A program made the translations under genes and the position numbers. From Emiliania huxleyi CCMP1516 (Eukaryota): a stretch of 20,000 nucleotides of DNA. Below are positions 19,986 through 20,000 of the stretch, piece after piece. Numbering within the stretch: position 1 is the first letter of the stretch; each line of letters starts with the position of its first letter. The notes below the pieces were generated by a model, which was not told the origin of the DNA, ran no database searches, and saw nothing but the letters and a program-made list of their open reading frames with translations. The DNA is taken from the NCBI RefSeq assembly GCF_000372725.1, contig NW_005201287.1, positions 443,715 through 463,714 of the forward strand. The letters are read 5' to 3'.

Positions 19986-20000
19986 CCGCCGCAAGCGGCG

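Overview
GC-rich eukaryotic genomic DNA. Short GC-AG/GA-AG introns and intronic low-complexity repeats suggest a haptophyte alga such as Emiliania/Gephyrocapsa (inference). From left to right: (1) a spliced minus-strand gene fusing ubiquitin directly to a nickel superoxide dismutase, running off the window start; (2) a complete 4421-bp hAT DNA transposon (18-bp TIRs, 8-bp TSD) with a frameshifted transposase and a divergent, spliced second ORF of unknown function; (3) a ~105-bp fold-back palindrome; (4) an intronless aldo/keto reductase; (5) a ~250-bp dispersed repeat present twice, the second copy with (GA)n/(TC)n ends and a 15-bp flanking direct repeat; (6) an intronless 1506-aa ankyrin/Pelle-like kinase/RING protein whose ankyrin repeats vary mainly at binding-surface positions; (7) a multi-exon PPP-family Ser/Thr phosphatase; (8) a multi-exon membrane protein with a DUF3336-like region. 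The most striking pattern: many host-gene introns start with a 4-30 nt copy of the start of the next exon. This points to intron birth by local duplication and would explain the non-canonical GA and GC donors. All exon structures were read by eye and have no transcript support.
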